A stretch of DNA of 64,000 nucleotides. It comes from an uncultured Gemmatimonadaceae bacterium. GTDB lineage: Bacteria; Gemmatimonadota; Gemmatimonadetes; Gemmatimonadales; Gemmatimonadaceae. The position numbers and the translations under genes are program-made. The stretch is taken from contig CAWHHI010000006.1 in the NCBI GenBank assembly GCA_963829055.1, positions 416,001 through 480,000 of the forward strand. Reading direction: 5' to 3'. The notes under the pieces are model-generated. The model had not been told where the DNA came from, did no database searches, and was given only the letters and a program-made list of their open reading frames with translations. Positions within the stretch are counted from its first letter, which is position 1. Each line of letters begins with the position of its first letter. Below, one piece after another: positions 31,536 to 42,533 of the stretch.

Positions 31536-34085
31536 ATGCAAGCGACTCCGGGATCACCCTTCTCGGCCGAGCAGTGGCGCGACGATCCAGCGCGCTGGTC
31601 GACGGCGCGCTCGACCTCCCACCTACGGCGCGGGCGGCGTACCTCGACGAGTCGTGCGGTGCGAGATGTGGCGCTGCGCGAGCACGTCACGCGGTTAGTC
31701 GATGCATGCGAGCGCGCGGCGCGTGCGGATGGGCTCCTCGCCGCGCCGGCGATCGCCTTCGCGGCGCCCCTTGCTCGCCGATCTCACCGAGCAGGACGCC
31801 TCGCGCGCGGATCAGCTGCGCCGCTGTGATGGTCGACGCGCTGCGGGCCGCGCTGTCGGGGCGCTACGCGGTCGAGCGCGAGCTCGGGCGCGGCGGGATG
31901 GCCACCGTGTACCTGGCTCGCGACGTCCGGCACGACCGAGTCGGTCGCGGTCGAAGGTTCTCGAGCGGAACGTCGCCGCATGCGGGGGCCGAGCGCTTCC
32001 TGCACGAGATCCGGACGGCCGCGCGGCTCACGCACCCGCACGTGCTCGGCGTCCACGACTCCGGTGAAGCCGACGGGCTGCTGTACTACGTGATGCCGTA
32101 CGTCGAGGGCGAAACCCTCCGCGCGCGTCTGACGCGCGAGGGCGCGCTTGCCGCTTGCCGGACGCGATGCGCCTGATGCGCGAGCTCGCCGACGCGCTCG
32201 CCTACGCGCACGGCCACGGCGTGATGCACCGCGACTTGAAGCCCGAGAACGTGCTGCTCTCGGGCGGGCACGCCGTCGTCGCCGACTTCGGCATCGCCAA
32301 GGCGCTCGCCGCCGCCACCGGAGGGACTGCCGAGCGCGGCGCGGGGACGTCTCGCCGCGTCGCGGCTCACGGCGACGGGCGTGGCGTTAGGCACGCCCGC
32401 CTACATGGCTCCCGAGCAGGCGGTCGGCGACCTGGCCACCGACCACCGGGCCGACCTCTACGCGCTAGGCGTGGTGGCCTACGAGGCGCTGGCCGGCGCG
32501 CACCCGTTCGGCGCGCGGCTCAGCGCAGGCACTCGTTGCGCGCGCATCTCACGGAGCCGCCCGCCCCGCTCGGCGACCGGCGCACGGACGCGTCGCCGGC
32601 GCTGGCCGCGCTTGTCATGCGGCTGCTGGCCAAGGACCCGGCCGCGCGCCCGCAGAGCGCCGCGGCCGTGCTGCGCGCGCTCGACGACGCGCCGCCGCTG
32701 GGCATGCCGGCGTCCGTCCGCTGCCCGCCCCTCGGCCGCGCTGGCCGAGACGGCGGCCGGTCGGCGGAGGCGCGTGGCGGTGCTCGCGGCCGCGGCGGCG
32801 CTGGTGCTGGCCGCCGGCGTCGGCGGGTACGCCCTGTGGCGCCGGGCCCCGGCGTTAGGCGGGCGCGACGCGGCAGCGGCCGGCGTCGAACCGGCCGCGA
32901 TCCGCGCGGTGGCGGTGCTGCCGTTCGAGAACACCGGGGGCGCGGCCGCCGACGACTACTTCAGCGACGGCATGACCGACGAGCTGGCCCACGCGCTCTC
33001 ACGTCTGCCGGGGCTGCGGCTCGCCGGCCGGACGTCGAGCTACGCGTTCAAGGGGAAGGCCGCCGCCGCCAGGAGATCGGCCGGGTGCTCGGCGTCGGCG
33101 CCTACGTCGGCGGCACGGTGCGGCGCGCGGGCGATCGGCTGCGGGTGACGACGCAGCTCGTGGGCACCGCCGACGGGAAGGTGCTCTGGGACAGCGTCTT
33201 CGAGAGCCGCTCGAGCGACGTCTTCGGCGTGCAGGACGAGTTCACGCGCGCGATCGTCGCCGCTCTGGCGGCGTCACTCGGCGGGCGCTGACGGCGCGCT
33301 TGTGCCGCGATGCGGCGCGCGGCACGACAAACCAGGAGGCGTACGACCTGTACCTGAAAGCGCGGTACTTCTGGCTCAATCGCAACGCAGCCAACATCGA
33401 CGCGCTCCGTCACGTACTACCGCGAAGCCATCGCGCGGGACCCGAACTTCGCGCGCGCGCACGCCGGGCTGGCGCTGGCCTACGCCATCCTGCCGGTCTA
33501 CATCCCCGACCCGAGCGACTCGACGACGGCGCTGAACGCGTCGAGCGCGCAACGCGCCATGCGCTCGACTCCACGCTCGCCGACGCGCAGATCGCGCTCG
33601 GCCTCGGGTTTGAGCGCCAACTGAGGTTCTGGCTATGCCCAGGCGCGCTGCCGCGCTGCGCTCAACATCGAACACGCCAGCGTCATCGCTGGATCACGTC
33701 CTCGGGTTTATTCTGCATGCGACAGGGCACCCTGACGAGGCGCTCGTCGAGCTGCGGCAGGCTACACAACTCGATCCACTGGCTAAGTCGGCCGCGAGCG
33801 CGTTCGCGGTCGCGCTCATTAGCGCGAGACGATTTCCCGAAGGCGAGGCTGCCTCGCGCCGTGTATTGACGATTGACTCCACGTTCTCGCTCGGCATCGG
33901 GAGCCTGGGGCTCGCGCAGGCGTTCAGCGGGCAGCCCGACAGCGCGGTGCGCACCCTCGAACGTGGCATGCGGTTGCACCCCGACGGTCCGGGGCAGCAC
34001 GCGCCCCTGCTGTTCGCCTACGCCGCCGCTGGGCGTTGGGCCGAGGCCGAGCGGATGCGCGTGGAGCTCCGCCGCCGGGTTCCCC
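31536..34085 (+). CDS. Ser/Thr protein kinase with TM, TolB-N-like and TPR regions (many frameshifts; C-terminus apparently truncated)
   Basis: [62 protein letters not shown] and TPR helices. Confidence 0.85.
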
Positions 34086-34394
34086 ATGCTCGAGTCGCTC
34101 GATATCACGACCTTCGCCGGACGCGTCGGAGAGGTCTTCCGGCTCGTGGTCGACGAGACGACCACCATCTCGAGCCGACTGATTGCCGTGACGCCGGCCA
34201 ACGGCGGATCGGCGAACCCAGCGCGCGCGGGCGGTCGCACGCCGTTCTCCCTCGTATTCCGCTCTCCGCCCGGCGCGCCGATGCCGCAGCGCATCTACCG
34301 CCTGCAGCACGAGGAGCTCGGCCAGCTCGAGCTCTTCCTCGTTCCGATAGGACCGGACGCGGATGGAATGTGCTATGAGGCGGTGTTCAGCTGA
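34086..34394 (+). CDS. DUF6916-like small protein
   Basis: MLESLDITTFAGRVGEVF, RTPFSLVF, PQRIYRLQH..LG.LELFLVPIG and YEAVFS. Confidence 0.8.
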   Translation: MLESLDITTFAGRVGEVFRLVVDETTTISSRLIAVTPANGGSANPARAGGRTPFSLVFRSPPGAPMPQRIYRLQHEELGQLELFLVPIGPDADGMCYEAVFS

Positions 34395-34885
34395 CGCGGC
34401 GAGGCGGGCGAACGAGGTATGAGTAGACCCCGCGGTCCTGGCGCTCCTCGAAGCCGAGCCGAGTGTACAGTCGGCGGGCGGCGTTCTGCTTCTCGACGTG
34501 GATGCCAATCGGAGTCCCGATCGCGTCCGCCTCATCGCACAGCTCGCGCATAACGCGAGTGCCGATACCAGCGCCGCGGTACTCGGTCAGCAGCGCGATG
34601 TCCATGACCCGAATCTCGTCCGGCCAGCGCGCCACGAACAACCGCCCGACTGGCTGCCCGTCGGCGAGCACGATCTGGTACGTGGCGCCGTCGTAGTTCT
34701 CGCGGTAGTAGCGATACTGCGCGGCGAACTGGCTCGCGAGAAACGCGTGTCGCTGCTCGTCGGTCCACGGGACGTGGGCGAGCTCCTCCCTGCGCGAGTC
34801 GGCGTAGACACGGAAGAGAAAGGGCTCATCGTCGACTGTGGCTTCGCGTAGCGTGAGCTCGGCCGCGATGATTCTCGCTGTCCAC
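34387..34885 (-). CDS. GNAT N-acetyltransferase (start approximate)
   Basis: LREATVDDEPFLFRVYADSR, FLASQFAAQ, DIALLTEYRGAGIGT and HVEKQNAARRLYTRLGF. Confidence 0.88.
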
Positions 34886-34914
34886 GGTGATCGCCACCAG
34901 GTAGAGAGACGCGA

Positions 34915-35436
34915 TCAGGACCGCGGCGGAAAGACGCCCTGCAGCGCAATGCAGAAGGACATCGTTAGGCTCGGCATCATGTTGTTGTGCGGGGCCTGTC
35001 CGCCCGCGGATGCAAGCACCTGGCTTGCCATGGCCACGACGTTGGCTGATGCCGGTGCGAATGCCTGCCCTTTGTTCGCGCGAGCGAGCGAGTTCCCCGC
35101 GGGAGTCTTGCCGGTTGCGAGAGCGCTCTGCGCCATCATGGAGTGAGAGTGCGCGGGCATCTCGCTTTCCGAGAGCGTCGCGGTCTCGCTTCCCCCGGTC
35201 TCGCCGAGTACACGCGGCGAGAGCCCTTGCCCCTGTCCCGGGTGCATCGGCGCGCGGCCTCGCAAGTCGGGCAGCGCGAACGTGCTCTTTCCGTCACCCC
35301 CGTACGTCGTACCGACGAGAGAGAACAGCGCCGTGTTCTGCGAGAGTGGAAGCAACTGCCCATCACAGAACGCCCACCCTTTCGGGGCGAAGTTGAACGG
35401 GAAGATGCGGATCTCCGCGACGAAGGGATCGGCCAT
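34915..35436 (-). CDS. Phage tail collar domain protein (MdpB-like) 3
   Basis: MADPFVAEIRIFPFNFAPKGWAFCDGQ..GTTYGGDG..FALPDLRGR, HSH and HNNMMP...IALQGVFPPRS. Confidence 0.92.
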   Translation of the reverse strand: MADPFVAEIRIFPFNFAPKGWAFCDGQLLPLSQNTALFSLVGTTYGGDGKSTFALPDLRGRAPMHPGQGQGLSPRVLGETGGSETATLSESEMPAHSHSMMAQSALATGKTPAGNSLARANKGQAFAPASANVVAMASQVLASAGGQAPHNNMMPSLTMSFCIALQGVFPPRS

Positions 35437-35446
35437 GAGTACGCCC

Positions 35447-35950
35447 TCAGGGCGGTGACGGGAAAATGCCGAACAGAGAGATGATGAAGTCGATGCAGAG
35501 GTACGGCTGCATGTTGGTATGCGGCTGACTCCCACCGCGTTGCGCTACGGCCTGAGGCGCCATGGTGCTGTCCGGCGGCACGACGCTGTACAAGTTGCTC
35601 GCCCTGGGCTGGGCCAGCGTGCGCGCGGTGGGCGCGTTCCGCGTCGCGTCCCTCCCAGCGGCGATGAACGCATGAGCGTGCGGAGGCAGTTGCTGGACGG
35701 TGAGCGTGACCGTCTCGTCGCCACCGGTCTGCGCCAGGCTGAAGCCATTTCCTTGATGAACGGGGATTCGACCTCGCAGGTCGGGCAGCGCGAACGTGCT
35801 CTGCCCATCGCCACCATACGTGGTGCCGATGAGTTGAAAGAGCGTCTCGTTCTCGGAGATGGGCAGAAGTTGTCCCTCGCAGAACATCCAGCCGGCGGGA
35901 GCGAAGTTTCCGGCGAACATGCGGATCTCGCCGACATACGGTTGCGCCAT
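35447..35950 (-). CDS. Phage tail collar domain protein (MdpB-like) 2
   Basis: MAQPYVGEIRMFAGNFAPAGW, HAH and HTNMQPYL..FIISLFGIFP. Confidence 0.92.
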   Translation of the reverse strand: MAQPYVGEIRMFAGNFAPAGWMFCEGQLLPISENETLFQLIGTTYGGDGQSTFALPDLRGRIPVHQGNGFSLAQTGGDETVTLTVQQLPPHAHAFIAAGRDATRNAPTARTLAQPRASNLYSVVPPDSTMAPQAVAQRGGSQPHTNMQPYLCIDFIISLFGIFPSPP

Positions 35951-35957
35951 GTCAGCC

Positions 35958-36461
35958 TCAGTTGCGAGCCGGGAAAATTCCTTGCAGCGCGATGCAGAAG
36001 TTCAGCGTCAGAAACGGCTGCATGTTGGAATGCGCCTGGCCGCCCCCGACGCTCGCGATGGTTGCTGGCGACAGTGGAGTCGGGTTCGTCGCGCCAGTGT
36101 ACACGGCACCACCGTTCGCCGTCGCGAGCATGTTTGCGTTAGGCGCCGCTGTCGTCGCCTGGGTGGCGACAGCACGGACGGCGTGCGTGTGACTCGGCAT
36201 CTCGGCGGTCGATAGTGTGTGCGCCTGCTCGCCAGCTTTCCCGCCCAGCGCATGCCCATTGCCGACATGGATCGGCGTGCGCGCCCGAAGGTCAGGAAGT
36301 GCGAAGGTCACCCGGCCATCGCCCCCGAAGGTCGTCCCGAGCAGCGCGAAGAGCGCCTGGTTCTGGTTGATGGGCAGCAACTGCCCGTTGCAGAGCGCCC
36401 ACCCTTTCGGGGCGAACGCGAAGCTCATGATGCGAATCTCGCCGAGGAACGGCTCCGCCAT
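35958..36461 (-). CDS. Phage tail collar domain protein (MdpB-like) 1
   Basis: MAEPFLGEIRIMSFAFAPKGW, HTH and HSNMQPFL..CIALQGIFP. Confidence 0.92.
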   Translation of the reverse strand: MAEPFLGEIRIMSFAFAPKGWALCNGQLLPINQNQALFALLGTTFGGDGRVTFALPDLRARTPIHVGNGHALGGKAGEQAHTLSTAEMPSHTHAVRAVATQATTAAPNANMLATANGGAVYTGATNPTPLSPATIASVGGGQAHSNMQPFLTLNFCIALQGIFPARN

Positions 36462-36556
36462 GGCGGTACCTCATCGTCATTGTGCCTAACAGGGCAGGGT
36501 GGCCACTATGTGCCACTCACAGCTGAGGCGCAAGCAAGTTCATCCACCGGAGAGCT

Positions 36557-37523
36557 CTATCGGCGGTCGAACGTTAGGTGCGCGCTCTCCCCGCACTCGG
36601 CGGCTCGCCGTAACGCGCTGTCCACACGCGGCGCAATTGGCGGCCGTTCGCGAAGCCGCACGCCGCAGCCACCGCGTCCAGCGTCAGCGTCGGGTTCCGC
36701 ATCAGGTCTCGGGCGCGCTCGACCCGCAATCGCTCGCGAAAGTCGTGAATCGAGATGCCCGTCGCGCGCTTGAACACGCGCGTCAGGTTGCGTTCGCTCA
36801 TCCCCGCGATCTCCGCGAGCTCGTCGAGCGTCGCACGGGTGGCAGGATTTGCGACGAGGTGTTGCTGCACCTGGTGGATGCCCGGGCTCAGGTGCGTCTG
36901 ATAGTCGAGGTACACGCTGTCCTGCCGGTGGCGCACCATCGCGGCGCAGGTAGACCACCATCTCCCGCGCGACTTCCGCGGCGACGACCGGGCCCGCGTC
37001 GTGCTCGATGAGCGCGAGCGCCATGTCGATGCCGGCCGCGATGCCGGCGCTCGTGACGATGCCGTCATCCTCGACGAACAGCCGGTCTCCCACCACGCGC
37101 GCTCGTGGGAACCTCGCTTGCAGCTCGGCCACCCGCTTCCAGTGCGTCGTGCACGTCCGGCCGTCGAGCGCGCCCGCCTCACCTAACGCGAACGCGCCGG
37201 TGCAGACCGAGCACAGCTCGGCGCCCGCCCGCTGCGCCCGCCGGAGCCACGTGACGAGCTTGGGTGGCACGCGAAAGTCCGCTACGCGGAAATCCCGGGA
37301 CGATGACGCGTTCTCCGGGCCCAACATCCGGCAACGCTTCGAGCCCACCGAGCTCGAGGCCCTGTGCTGTCTGTACCGTGGGCGTCGCGGCGTGATACGA
37401 CAGCGCATAACGCGCCCCGAGCGCCGTCGCCTCGTGGAGGACCTGGACGGGGCCAGCCAGGTCCAGGATCTCGCAGCCAGGAAAGACGACGAAGATCGCG
37501 CGGCGCGGCGCCTGGCTGGTCAT
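36557..37523 (-). CDS. GlxA-family AraC regulator with DJ-1/PfpI domain (frameshifted)
   Basis: LDLAGPVQV, SVCTGAFAL, TTHW, TSAGIAAGID, MSERNLTRVF and VAAACGF. Confidence 0.9.
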
Positions 37524-37527
37524 TCGT

Positions 37528-38172
37528 TCACGACGCGAACGCGGGCTGCAATGCGGGCTGCAACGCCTGCTGCATGGCGGCCGACTCGATCAACGCCTCG
37601 ACTTCCGCAACGAGCGTCTTCGTCTGCACGATACGCGCGAACCGACGGCGAAGCGCGTACGCGGTGCGCTCCTCGATGGCGTCGACGCCGATCTCCTCGC
37701 CGGGCACGTCGTGGTTCGGAATCGGGAACGTCATCGTGCCGTCGATGACGAAATCGACGGCGTACCCGAGATCGGCGGCAACGCGCGTCGTCGTCTCGCA
37801 ACACTGTTCCATGGAGATCCCGGTGACGGCCAGCCGGCGAACGCCGAGCGCGAGCAGTTTCACCTGCAGCGTCGTACTGGTGAATGCGTTTCGGGTGTCC
37901 TTGAGCATTACAGGCTCGTCGGTCCGCGGCTGAATGAAGTCCATCAGTCGAAGATGAACGCTATCACGTTCGAAGCCCGGATCGCCATCGGTATGCAGGA
38001 AGAAGATGACCGGCAGGCCGGCGGCGCGATACGCGTCGATGAGCGCCGACACGTTGCGCTCGAACTGGCGGTTGTTGCGGCGTTCCCATCGGGGACCGAC
38101 CTTGAACGAGTCCTGCGCGTCGACTACGAGCAGCGCGGACTGAGACAGCGGGACTTCATCGGTCGTCAGCAT
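37528..38172 (-). CDS. Isochorismatase/cysteine hydrolase family protein
   Basis: ALLVVDAQ, K..RNAF and GISMEQCCETTTRVAADLGY. Confidence 0.92.
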   Translation of the reverse strand: MLTTDEVPLSQSALLVVDAQDSFKVGPRWERRNNRQFERNVSALIDAYRAAGLPVIFFLHTDGDPGFERDSVHLRLMDFIQPRTDEPVMLKDTRNAFTSTTLQVKLLALGVRRLAVTGISMEQCCETTTRVAADLGYAVDFVIDGTMTFPIPNHDVPGEEIGVDAIEERTAYALRRRFARIVQTKTLVAEVEALIESAAMQQALQPALQPAFAS

Positions 38173-38272
38173 GGAGTGATCTCAGGGTGAAGGTGCCCTG
38201 AAGGTGCTGGATTCGGTCCGCCGCCGGAGGCCACCGCACGGGACGATCACCGGTCAGATCCGGCCATGTGTC

Positions 38273-38335
38273 GGGAATCGGGAATCGGGAATCGGGAATC
38301 GGGATCGGACGACTCGGGGACTGGGGACTGGGACT
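38273..38335. repeat. Heptamer tandem repeats (GGGAATC)x4 and (GGGGACT)x2
   Basis: Read directly at 38273-38300 and 38316-38329, each followed by a degenerate extra copy. Confidence 0.9.
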
Positions 38336-38432
38336 GCGGAACCGGCGGTGGGTCGATTTACCCATGCGGCGCAGCGGCTCGAGCCCGCACGTTATGCTCT
38401 GCCGTCTTTATGCTCTATCGTCTGTGCTGTCA

Positions 38433-38467
38433 GCTGATAGCTGATAGCTGATAGCTGATAGCTGATA
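38433..38467. repeat. Heptamer tandem repeat (GCTGATA)x5
   Basis: Five perfect copies, followed by GCTGCATA. Confidence 0.92.
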
Positions 38468-38488
38468 GCTGCATACGCGGAGTCCTCC

Positions 38489-39443
38489 ATGCGGTACGCC
38501 ACCATACCAATCGTCCTCGCGCTGCTCGCGCAGCCGGCCCTCGCTCAGAACGAGAGCGTGCTGCGCCAGGCGTTCGAGGGTAAGGTCGTCAGCCGTCAAG
38601 ATCGACATGCCCGCGACGAGCCGAGGCGTCGATGTGTACCCGCTCGATCCCATGGCCGTCGACTTCCGTGAGGTCGCGCAGCGGCTCAAGGACAACTCGA
38701 CGTCGCTCAGGATCGGCCAGCAGGTGATGGTCACCAAGGTCCTCGTGAAGAAGAACTCGCACATCGAGTTCCAGCTCGGCGGCGGCGGCTACGGGACGTT
38801 CGGCGACAACACGTCGGACGGATCGGGCCTGAACGCGGTCACCCAGGGCGAGACGAAAGCGGAGAAGGCGCTTCGCGACTCGATCAAGAAGGCGCAGGGT
38901 CCCACGAAGCGAAAGCAGTTCGAGAAGGAGCTCGCGAGCCTGCGCGCCGAGCGTGAGCGCGAGAACGCGCGGGCGGAGGCGGAGGCGAAGCAGGCGCAGT
39001 CGGTGATCGAAGCGAACCTGCGCGCGAAGCGGGCCGAGAGCGGCAGCCGCTTCAACGTGCGCTATCGGAACGGTATTCCGGCGGATGCCCTCACGCCCGA
39101 CGGTCTCATGCGCGCGCTATCGCCGTACGTGGACTTCGGCGCGGCCGGGGGTCGCTCGCGTCAGGCGGTACGACATCAGGCGGGGCGCGTCAGGCGGCGC
39201 GGTGTCAGGCACGGCGACCCAGGCCTCACGTCAGGCGGCATCTCGCCCGGCGACACCGAACTCGCTCCGAAAGGGCCTGCTGCTCGAGGACGTCGAGACG
39301 ATACTCGGCCCGCGGCAACCGCGTCGGAAACGAAGGAAGGCACGCTCACGGTCCTCAAGCGCACGTACCGCAAGGACGGCCAGAAGGTCTCGGCGAGCTT
39401 CGTGAATGGAGTGCTGATCGACTTCGCGATCACGCCGCAGTAG
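38489..39443 (+). CDS. Secreted hypothetical protein with coiled-coil (frameshifted)
   Basis: Signal peptide MRYATIPIVLALLAQPALAQ, IDMPATSRGVD, HIEFQLGGGGYGTFGD and SGSRFNVRY. Confidence 0.7.
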
Positions 39444-39444
39444 A

Positions 39445-39672
39445 GGAGGGCAGGCCTTAGGAAGCGGAACGGCGGAAGGCGTTGGCGGATGCGCGGAGGA
39501 CGCGGTCATCCCGAGCGGCAGCGAGGGATCTTCTCGAACGTCATCGTGGCCGGACTTGCCACGAGGACGTCACAGAAGGTCCCTCGCTCGCTCGGGATGA
39601 CACCGTCGTGTCGTCCGCTTTCCGCCCTCCGTCCTCCGCGCCTCCTTCCTCAGGCCTCCGTCCTAGGCCTCC
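39445..39672. repeat. REP-like element class A (core 39505-39601) with GGCGGA/GGAGGC-rich inverted flanks
   Basis: GTCATCCCGAGC..GAGGGATCTTCT..GTGGCCGGACTTGCCACG..AGAAGGTCCCTC..GCTCGGGATGAC. Confidence 0.85.
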
Positions 39673-39719
39673 TCGCTGTCCTGTCGGCTATCCGGTCTGT
39701 TGGCTGATAGCTTTGTCGC

Positions 39720-40915
39720 ATGCTGAAAACCACGCCGTTCCACGCACGCACGGCGCCGCTCGTCCGCGCGCAGACCTGGCGACGCTGGGCCGGCTACCAG
39801 GTCGCGAGCGCGTACGACCCGCATCCGGACCGCGAGTACGCCGCCGTGCGCAACGCCGCGGCGCTGTTCGACGTGTCGCCGCTCTACAAGTACCTCGATC
39901 CGCGGGCGCGACGCCGCGCGGCTGCTCGACCGCATGGTCACGCGTGACGTCACCAAATGCGCCGTCGGCCAGGTCCTGTACACGCCCTGGTGCGACGCGC
40001 ACGGCAAGGTCATCGACGACGGCACCATCAGCCGCCTGGACGACGAACACGTACCGGCTCACGAGCGCCGAGCCTAACGTGCGGTGGCTGACGATGAATG
40101 CCGTCGGCCTCGACGTGACCATCGAGGACGTCTCCGACGCGCACCGGCGCGCTCGCGCTCCAGGGCCCGCTGTCGCGCACCATTCTGCAGCACGCTGTCG
40201 CCGGCAGACCTCGCGACGCTCAAGCTACTTCCGGCTCGTGCACACGACCGTCCGCGACATCCCCGTCACCATCTCGCGCACGGGCTACACCGGCGACCTC
40301 GGCTACGAGCTCTGGGTGGACGCCGACCGCGCGGTCGCGCTGTGGGACGCGCTCATGGAGGGCGGGCAGGGCTACGGCATCACGCCCGCGGGCATCTGGG
40401 CGCTCGACATCGCGCGCATCGAGGCCGGTCTCGTCATGCTCGACGTCGACTACTACTCCGCGCATCACGCGCTGATCGAGGACCAGAAGTCGTTCCCCGA
40501 CGAGATCAACCTCGCGTGGACGGTGAATCTCGACAAAGGTCCGTACAACGGACGACGCGCGCTGCGGAAGGCGCGTGCGAAGAAGCAGGCGTGGGCGTTC
40601 GTCGGCATCGAGGTGCAGTGGGACTCGCTCGAGCGGCTCTACGCGAAGCGCGGGCTGCCGCCGCACCTGCCGAACGTCGCGTGGCGCACGAGCGCGCCGG
40701 TGCTATCGCGACGGCGAGCAGATCGGCTACGCGACGAGCGGCTGCTGGTCGCCGCTGCTCAAGCGATCGCTGGCGCTCGCGCACATTCAGGCGCCGCACT
40801 TCGCGCCCGGCACGCCCGTGCGAGATCGAGGTGACGGTGGAGCATCATCGCGAGCAGGCGAACGCGATCGTTCGCAAGCTGCCGTTCTATCGACCCCGAG
40901 CGGAAGCGCGCATGA
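39720..40915 (+). CDS. GcvT-like aminomethyltransferase family protein (frameshifted)
   Basis: MLKTTPFHART, EYAAVRNAAALFDVSPL, ISRTGYTGDLGYELW, ARIEAG and TSGCWSP. Confidence 0.9.
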
Positions 40916-42533
40916 GCACTCCGCGCTACGACGCCATCATCATCGGCGGTGGACACAACGGACTCGTCGCCGCGGCCTACCTCGCGCGCGCGGGCCGGAA
41001 GGTCGTCGTGCTCGAGCGTCGCCCGCTCGTCGGCGGCGCGGCGGTCACCGAGGAGATCGTTCCCGGCTTCAAGTTCTCGGTGTTCTCGTACGTCGTGAGC
41101 CTGCTGCGACCCGAGATCATCCGCGACCTCGACCTGCCCGCGCACGGGCTGCAGATCCTTCCGCTCGAGAGCACCGTCACGCCGCTCGACAACGGCGACT
41201 ATCTCGCCGGCTGGGCCGACGCCGACGAGTCGCGCCGCGAGATCGCGCGCCATTCGCCGCGCGATGCCGAGGCCGCGTCGCAGTTCGGCCGCCTCATGCA
41301 CCACATGGCGATGGCGGTGAAGCCGATCCTCGGGATGGTGCCGCCGGACCCGGCATCGCTCGCGCCGTCCGACCTGCGCGGTCTGCTCAAGCTCGGCGGG
41401 CACTTCCGGTCGTTAGGCGCCGAGCGGTTCCATGCGCTGCTACAAGCTCATGACGATGAGCAGCGCCGACTACCTCGACGAGTGGTACGAGTTCGATCCG
41501 CTCAAGGCGACCAAGTCGGCCAGCGGCATCATCGGCACGTTCCTCGGACCACGCTCGCCCGGCTCGCGCGTACGTGCTGCTCCATCACTACATGGGCGAG
41601 ATCGACGGCGCCTTCCGCGCGTGGGGCTTCCAGAAGGGCGGCACCGGCGCGATCAGCGAATCGATCGCCAGCGCGGCGCGGTCGTTCGGCGCGGAGGTTC
41701 GAACCGACGCCGACGTGGCGCGCGTGCTCGTGAAGGACGGGCGCACCACTGGCGTCGCGCTCGCGAACGGCGACGAGATCGCGGCGCCGATCGTCGTGTC
41801 GGGTCTCGACCCGCGCCGCACGTTCATCGACCTCGTCGAGTCGAAGGAGCTGCCTGACGATCTCGTCGCGAGCATCGCGCAACTACCGGTTCCGCGGCTC
41901 GTCAGGCAAGGTGAACCTCGCGCTCGACGGGCTGCCCGACTTCACCTGTCCTCGAACGGCAACGGCGGCTATCGATCGCCGCTCCTGGCGACCGCGCTCC
42001 GCGGCGCGATCTCGATCAGCCCGAGCGTCGACTACCTCGAGCGCGCGTACGACGACGCCAAGTACGGCGAGTTCTCGCGCCATCCGTACATGGACATCGT
42101 CATTCCGTCGATGATCGATCCGGGGATGGCGCCGCCGGGCAAGCACGTCATGAGCATCTTCGTCCAGTACGCGCCGTACCATCTGAACGGCGGCTGGACG
42201 GACGCGAAGCGCGAGGCGTTCGGCGACGCGGTCATCGACACGCTCGAGCGCTATGCACCGAACATCCGTTCGATCATTCGCCACCGGCAGGTGCTGACGC
42301 CCGCCGACATCGAGCGCATCACCGGACTCTCCGAGGGCAACATCTTCCAGGGCGAGCTCGCGCTGCATCAGCTCTTCTTCCTCCGCCCGGCGCGCGCAGT
42401 GGGCGAAGTACCGCACGCCGGTGAAGGGCTACTGGCAGTGCGGCGCCGGCACGCATCCCGGCGGCGGCATCATGGGCGCGTCGGGCCGGCTCGCGGCGCT
42501 CGAGATCCTCGGCGCGAGGAGCCTGACGCATGA
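40912..42533 (+). CDS. Phytoene-dehydrogenase-like (PYROXD2-like) FAD oxidoreductase 1 (frameshifted)
   Basis: YDAIIIGGGHNGLVAAAYL, GGTGAIS, APPGKHVMS, GNIFQGEL and CGAGTHPGGGIMG. ATGA overlap with the upstream gene. Confidence 0.9.

Noticed and set aside
34915..36461. Prophage remnant
   Set aside because: No other phage structural, replication or integration genes lie in the window.
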